64,000 nt of DNA from Dudresnaya verticillata (taxonomy: Eukaryota). The position numbers and the translations under genes were made by a program. How positions within the stretch are numbered: the stretch's first letter is position 1; each line of letters starts with the position of its first letter. The stretch is taken from NCBI GenBank assembly GCA_977862235.1, contig OZ374565.1, forward strand, positions 682,001 through 746,000, in the 5' to 3' direction. Under the pieces are notes generated by a model that was not told the DNA's origin, ran no database searches, and saw only the letters and a list, made by a program, of their open reading frames with translations. Positions 57,201 through 64,000 of this stretch are shown piece after piece.

Positions 57201-59380
57201 AAATGCTGAGCTCTAAAAAACGCAAGTGAAAGTTTAAAAGCGCAAGGAAGATTCTTTTTCGACTTGTCGTATTGCATGCGCTACCGTCCATTTTGCTTTA
57301 ACTGTCCCGACTTCTTAGTCTGTTGCCACTGTCAATAGCATTGGAATGAAAAGGCCCAAAAGGCCCACATACTACTAGAACAAAGCTCCCAACTCCAGCT
57401 TCCCAAAGTAGATTGTCTCTCATTCAGGCTTTTTGAGATCCTCATTTCAACGTACTTGTATATTGAGGGATACTTCCTGTAGAAGTGTGGATCGCGACGA
57501 CTGACTTGCAAAACTGGAACACCATGAAAGGGATGACACTTATGCAAGACTTTGCGCAGAGCTGTTCCAGCACATGTCGGCTATGGCTTCGCCAAACTTA
57601 GCGCTAAAGGATCACGCTGGTGCATGCCAAATGTACAACATGAAGCGGTGTACAAAAGAGTGGTCTGCACGCAGAAGGAATGGCTTTCTGTTCCAATGCC
57701 ATACTCATGAAAGCACTATCAAATTGTAGCTAGATGGAGGAGGAACTCGTTTCCGTCATTTTTATCCTAGAGTGGACTCACTGAATGGAACAAGAACTTT
57801 CTGAGCACCTAGTCGACAGCCAGATGTACACACGTGCTAGGAGGTAACCAAGCATGGCCTTGTACATTGTCGCAGCATAGTCCGTTCATCAGACACGAAG
57901 AGAAAAATGGTGGCGGATTGACAGACTGGCCTTGGTACTACTGCCTTGTGGTACAACGCTAAGATTAGCTGGACCTCCTTGTAAGGGAACTTACTCTACA
58001 TCAGCTTATTTAAAGGGTCTATGCCCCATGGTCACATACCTGCCCACTTTATTTGCTCAGGTGATAATCGCACAGGAGGACACTCGTTGTTAACTGCTCT
58101 TGAGACGGCTATTATTTTAGCTTGCAAAGTTGACACGAGGTGATTTCCTAATTCCCAACCTCACACTGATTGCCAATATCTCCATAATATGCTGGAAGAT
58201 CCGTTCCACAGCAGTAGTTCCCGTCGGAAAAGGATAAACTGCTTGTGCAATGGAAAGAACCGGGACTTGCTCGTGCACCCGTGTTGAGAAAGCAGTAAAA
58301 AATTGCGACTTTCAAATATCTAGTGAAACGAGCACGATCGAACATGAACTGTTTTTTCTCAACAGAGATCCATTAGTGTCACTGTGTGAGAGAACTCGAG
58401 TCATTCTGATAGCCATCAGAATCAAGATCGGGGGCTCTACACCAGCATTTCGTAACTCTTCAGAAAAAGGGCTTACAGAGGTCGACTTCGATACCAGTCT
58501 CGCGACTGGGCCTGGAGTTCCACATCTCCGTTGGGGTTTTAGTGGTACTATTAGTATGTCTCATTGGCGTGTAAAGCGTTCCACGGTTGCAACGGTAACG
58601 TTCTGTACCCATTCGTAGGTGTAGCGGCTGTTTGAGATCGAACTGTTCTTCACTTTCTTATTGGATTGTTTTAGTAAAGGACTTTTGCCTAATAGAAAGA
58701 GGGCTCACTGTGGACTCTCTTCAGTTGATGATGTGTTTGCGGCGCCATTTTTTTGGCTGGTAGATATCGCTTAAAAAGGTAAAAGGATGCACACGGAATG
58801 AAAGGAATGCTGACGAAAGGGAAACTGATGCAAGACAGGATGAATGGGTATTGATAAGTTGGTAAGTGTTGTTGTGATTCGATGGCTAGAACTACTGCAG
58901 ACCTCGAAAGGGTCAGTATAAAGACCAAAGTATGCATTACATCGCAGTCTGTAGCATGAATACAACTGCAGTACTAGGCGTAACATAAACCTAACGAACA
59001 GCTAGTTCTGTCAGACCGTAGCCGTGAACCGCTGGAATAATCGTAACAACATATCTAGCATGTAACTACTCAACTGCGTGAACAAGAAGCAGAAAAACAA
59101 ATACTGTCAACGGCTGTGCTTGAGCAATAAACAGTAAAAACATATATCTTGAACGGCAGTGCTTGCACGATAAACAGTAAAACAACTAGTAGAGCTTCAG
59201 CCATGAGTAAACAGCTCTTCAAGCCAAGTTATTCAATCGCCCCGTTGTGTACTCCTTCCTCCCTCGTCGCGCCAGTCCGTCGCTTTATATAACACTAACG
59301 GAGGAATTATCGGGACATGCGAATGACCCTGCTCGATTCAAATATTTAAATTCCGAACAAAAGTAAGCAGGACATCATCT

Positions 59381-59800
59381 TGTATCACCACGAGTCCAGC
59401 CCAGAAAGCACAAAGAAAACAAAGGACACCTGTCCGGACCCGTCTTGCTCGGGTGTAGCTCGTGTGTGTGGTAGAGGCTAAAGGGGATGGCACTAGGCCA
59501 GGAAAAAGGGAACAAAAGGGTGGACGCGACCCGGTATTCCGCCAGGAACCTGCAGTACGGTGACTAGCCTGTAGTTAGCGTCTAGAAAGGGAATGGGAAG
59601 CGCCTGGAAAACATAAACCGGTCAAGACAGAGAAACTCCCCGTCGGGTTCAATCGAGGGCACCATGATACTCAGGATACCAATCAATAGGGATCGTGCCC
59701 GTACTAATACTAGATAAAACAGTGGACTGTACACGAACTACATTGCGCCTGTGGCGGCGTTCAATCGGGGCAATTACCAGCGCCCCACGCACCAATGAGC
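59381..59800. repeat. LTR-like remnant
   Basis: Purine-rich tracts and motifs (GTGGTAGAG, TACTAATACTAG) resembling the solo LTRs; ends not resolved. Confidence 0.35.
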
Positions 59801-60292
59801 CCGCGTGAAGCGCTCGTCAGAGGCTCAGATGAGTCCGCGCCAGGCACCAATCACATGCTGCATCCTGTTGATGCCCAACAATGCCTGAGTCTTACTGGGA
59901 ATTGGTCCGTTACTGCTTGCAGTGTCGTATGAAAATTTAGCGGAAATCACCGTTGTGATGCACAGCACTCCTCGTAAGACCGAGAGCCCTGCGAGGTCGG
60001 AGCCGTTTCCAAATTCCATTGGCAGTTCCACCAGATTATCCTCGCCAAAGCCTGTTCATCGTAACTTAGGCGGTGTCACTGTGCCACAGTCACCGTCGTG
60101 GGCGGAGTTCCACACTTTGAGCCAGCAGTCGCGTAAACGTATATTGGGGCGCCCGTCTCTCCCTATTCGTCTTGCGGTATCCACACCGGGTCTCTCCCAC
60201 GCTTCTACAGCGTCTTCATCGTTTCTCTGGCGCTCGTCGCGTCTTCCTTCTGCACTTCGCATACGCGCACACGATATCGTGTGCGCGTCATC

Positions 60293-60807
60293 TGTAATAC
60301 AGTGAAGGGCTTACAGAATTGAGCCCTCTGCCCTCGTGTACGCGCTGAAATAGCGTCAACTATAGGGCGCCAACAGGGACAAGACAGGTAGTCTATGATT
60401 GGTCCTAGTGCCACGCTGTAGGTCAGTAGCTTAGTGTCTGTCTATTTATTTTGACATTATAGTTTAGGATAGGGGCGGGTATTTAGCCCGGAATGAGGGT
60501 TGCTTCCTGACAGTCGGAGCACCATATAAGGGTACCCCGTAGCGGTCACTCCACAGTAAATGCAAGCACCTTCCGGCCCCAACTACGTCTCCAAGCTATC
60601 GGCACCGCAGCACACCTGTCACCCCTGCCCGGTGAACCGCCCGCCCACTGAACTACCTTCCGTATCGTGCTTCCAATCAGGTTACGTGCCCTCGTCTACC
60701 CTCTGGGTTCCTTCCGCTCTACCAACGCTACCAGGTACCCTCTATGTGGCTTTCGCATTGAGTGCACTCTTTCAGTTCACAAGAGACCTAAAAGTTACTT
60801 CGTTACA
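60293..60807 (+). repeat. 5' LTR of a Ty3/gypsy-type element (515 bp)
   Basis: TGTAA...TTACA, followed 2 nt later by PBS-like TGGTCTCCCGACC (60810) and a gag-like frame. Confidence 0.75.
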
Positions 60808-60876
60808 TCTGGTCTCCCGACCTAGAACCATCAAGGTTGGTGAGCCGTTAAGAGGACGACGAATATCGTAACCCAA

Positions 60877-63371
60877 TTGGATATTGAAGAAAATCAACCC
60901 ACCAAGACCCCTGTTACTCCAAGATGTCAACTCACTCTCAAAGTAGTTCCCGCCATGGTCAGAAGGCAGAGCAGACCCCATTGGTCCCCCCCAGTTGAGG
61001 ACCCGGAGTCTTTGCTCCACCCTCCGAGAACTCCTGGAGTAGAACAAGTGGAACCGCCTGGTCAAGCATCCGCAAATCCCGTAACAATTAAACCCTCAGC
61101 AGGTCCTTCTAAAGAAGTCGCAAGGCAGCCCCCGCTACATTCCAACCGTAACCATTGGGTCAATACTGATCTGATGCCCCGTCTGATCAACTGGCTACAT
61201 GACGAGTTGACCCTTCGGTTACCTCAAACAGTTGAACCACTAGTGGGTCACTTTCTAGAAGAACAATGTGTGGTGCAAACGTCTGAAGACGGAACACCGC
61301 CTAGCAGTTCGGGGCTCGGTGGGTAGCTGCGCCCGTGGCGGTGAGTAGCCTCGCCTTGCGCGGCCTGTGGTAGAGCAGGGGACACGCCTTGGGCGGACTG
61401 TAGACGCCCGAGGCGGAAAGGAAGGAAAAAAGGGAACAGAAAGGAAACACGTCAAGGACGGTGATAGACGTGGAAGCACGGGAGGTAGACGCTTGAGCCG
61501 TAGGCAGCGGTAGGGTACGCGCGTACGGAACGGGGAAGTCTGGACCAAGGCCGGCTTGTCCGGGGTTTACTCAGCGTCTCAGACGGATTACCTAATATAC
61601 TACGTGGGCGACGGCGGCGGGCGCGGTGCGCGGGAACTCAGGACGCGTGTCGCGCCGTCGAGTGTCTGACACGTCGTCGTCGCCATGCAGCCATGCAGCC
61701 GCGTGCGCGGGAGCTCAGGAGTAGCTTACAGGCGTGCGTGCGAGTAATGGGTGACTTACAGGCGCATGCGTGTAGAAGTGCGGGTGATCCGGATTCGGAT
61801 CCAGATCCCCGCCAGCATTACTGGCGCGCGGCCATTACAGGCGCGCTCCTTACATCACTGTGGATCCCGATGTCGGATCCCGATGTCCCATCCGGATCCG
61901 ATCCGGATCCGGGCCAAGCTTACAGGCGTGTGCCTTGCGCCTTGCCGATCGGGATGATGCATCCGGATCTGCCTGTACAGTGCGCGCGTGCGCCGCGCCG
62001 CGCGGGGTAACGGCGGCCGTATGCCCGTGGGCCAATCGTCTATGACGTGTTCGCGGGCCAACGGCGGTTGAAGTGCCGTCGGTAGACGTTGGCATATAAT
62101 ACGCTCAAAGCGAAAAAGGTGCAGCCCTCCGCTTGCACCACACAAGGTCCAAGGACACTCTCAGAGTCTGCGGCCACGGCTACTGACAAGGTAGTCCAGT
62201 CATGGACCACCCAGCCGGACAGTAGTCCAATCTATGGGATGCTTACCGAAATGGTTCCCCCGTTGGTTGCTCAGTCTCTCGAGGGTTTTGGGCAAGCAGC
62301 GGACCCTTCAACTGGACCAAAATCTATACCCACAGGGGAAACCAAAGTGGAAAATAGGGAGGATGATGTCGTCCCTCCTGGCATCGTTCTACCAACCGAA
62401 ACTGGTGATACAAATAAGAAACCCGAAGGGGATTTGTCGGACTCCGAAGGTAGTAAGAGTAACCGACACGGATCTGCGTCCAAGAAGTCTAAAAAGAAGA
62501 AGAAGAAGGACAAGCAAAAGAAAAATAGGAAGAAACATTACTCATCTGAGTCTGACTCATCGTCAGTTACCTCAGATGGTTCAAGTTCGGATGATTCATC
62601 CGATGATGACCGATGGCGTCGTCGCCGGTCGTCTAAACCTACAAGGGTCAGGAGGATTAAACCCCTGAATGACCTATTTACCAGAGTGGTTGGCTTTCAA
62701 AGTTACTGATTGGATAACCGCTCAAGGCTTTACTCCTCGAGAATCTCTCGGAAAGTAAATACCTACTATAAGAGAATGGCTATTCAGATGCCACCCTCTC
62801 GTTTCTCGGGGGTATACCTGATTAACATTTTGGGTTTCCTTGCAAGGTTCAAGTATTCCTGTAGTCACAATGATGTTCACGAAGGAGCAGCCGTTTGGTT
62901 ATTACAATACTTTATGGCAGGAACCGCCAGGGACAACATTCAGGCGAGGCTGCAGGCAAGAACCACTATGGTCGTGGATTCCGAAGATGAGGGGGATTTG
63001 TTAACAACGTACCCCGAAGTGGTTAATTACCTTTTGGAAACTTATGCCACCGATGAGTTTATTGCGCAAGCCTATGCTGATGTGATCTCGGTGCGACAAG
63101 CAGAAGGAAAACGGAACGGGACTTCGCAAAATTAGTGAGAGCCAGGGCTCGCCGATGCCGGTCGGTGTTTACATAACACCGCCTCAAGGCGATCTTTGTT
63201 GATGGGCTCCTCCCGAGTATCCGTGCACCGGTTCGTATCCGGTTGGCTTCTTCAAAGTGTTTGTCCCATACTCAGATTACAAAATATGCACAAGACCTTG
63301 GGGAAGCTCATAGGAGTACACGTGGGACGACAAACCTAAAGGGAAAAAGTGGAGTAATCCCCGTTGCCGCG
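60877..63371 (+). pseudogene. gag: gypsy-type gag, interrupted by LTR insertions and stops
   Basis: Pro-rich, then K/S/D-rich linker, then RFSG...ILGFLARFK.SC..NDVHEGAAVWLLQYFM...TYPEVVNYLL.TYA (capsid-like). Frame rejoins across the 61269-62142 insert. pol is not visible, so the superfamily is inferred. Confidence 0.7.
61269..62142. mobile_element. solo LTR (874 bp)
   Basis: TGTGGTGCAA...TTGCACCACA; TSD CAATG/CAAGG (1 mismatch); homologous (inverted) to 39213-40042. Confidence 0.88.
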
Positions 63372-64000
63372 TGTGGCATAGCTGTAAGACCAGCTGTGCC
63401 ACGCACGCGCAGCTGTAAGAACAGCTGCGCCACGTGTGCACCGCTGTGCGCACGCTGTCAGCCGGTGGCGCCGAAGCCCCGCTGAACTGTAAGGAAGTGC
63501 GCAGTGGCGCCCGCGCGTGCACGTGTATGCGTGTGAGACTGAAACTCCCATGTAATTTCTAGGTCTATTTTTGTGTAGTGTACAGCACTGTCTAGTGTAA
63601 GCGGCGGTCGAACGCCCTGCTGTCCCGCGCGCCGTGCGCACGCACTCCGGCGTAGAGCCGTTGAGTGCATGACACGCTTCGACACGCGCGCGCGTACTCC
63701 GGCGTCGAGCCGTTCAGTACGTGTGGACCGTTTCGCCCACGCGCGCCCCCGGGTTACCGTTACCTGTACGCGTCGAAGCGTGTGGGGGCGCGACGGCGCA
63801 CCTCCCGGGCTGGTGCCGCCGCAAGCCCTGTAGTCTATTTAGTAGGCGCCCCTCTGGGCTTGAGTAAACAAGGCAAGCCAGCCTACTACAGGCTTGCCCC
63901 TTTCTGCTTTGGGTTTCTTTCCCAGTCCTTCGTCCTACGGCTTCCCTCTTTCCCTAGCCGCCTAGGCTTTCCTTTTCCTTTCCCTACCGTCGGCTTCGTG
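63372..64000. mobile_element. LTR running off the window, same family as 40965-41825
   Basis: Starts TGTGGCATAGCTGTAAGAC; reverse complement of about 41196-41825. Confidence 0.92.

Noticed and set aside
51500..59300. Many 60-120 aa ORFs, possibly an old decayed gene on the minus strand near 54900-56500
   Set aside because: No recognisable motifs or consistent frame; cannot be assigned by eye.

Overview
Eukaryotic, transposon-saturated DNA. A florideophyte red alga is my inference, from intronless GC-rich genes, sulfotransferase-like genes and the retroelement types. In order: (1) A young Ty1/copia element (5' end off-window, 3' LTR 4133-4377) inserted into a Helitron Rep/Pif1-helicase gene. 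(2) A HemK/PrmC pseudogene. (3) A ~14.5-kb region (12185-26657) bracketed by ~300-bp inverted repeats with CACTG...CAGTG ends. It holds a decayed DDD/E-type transposase and, converging on it, a decayed ParB-like + beta-class amino-DNA-methyltransferase fusion; the two proteins share a ~90-aa domain, and several small ORFs lie alongside. (4) A truncated Mutator-like transposase. (5) A complete second copia element (32787-48302, TSD GCCAT) with an antisense papain-like ORF, three solo LTRs, and a piggyBac-like element (ATAT TSD) whose transposase contains a YqaJ/lambda-exonuclease domain. (6) A head-to-head pair of intact sulfotransferase-like genes, the only clearly intact host genes. (7) About 8 kb without supportable features. 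(8) The 5' end of a gypsy-type element hit by two more LTRs. Top candidate for a novel system: the ParB-methyltransferase-carrying TIR transposon. All family calls come from motifs read by eye; no searches were run.
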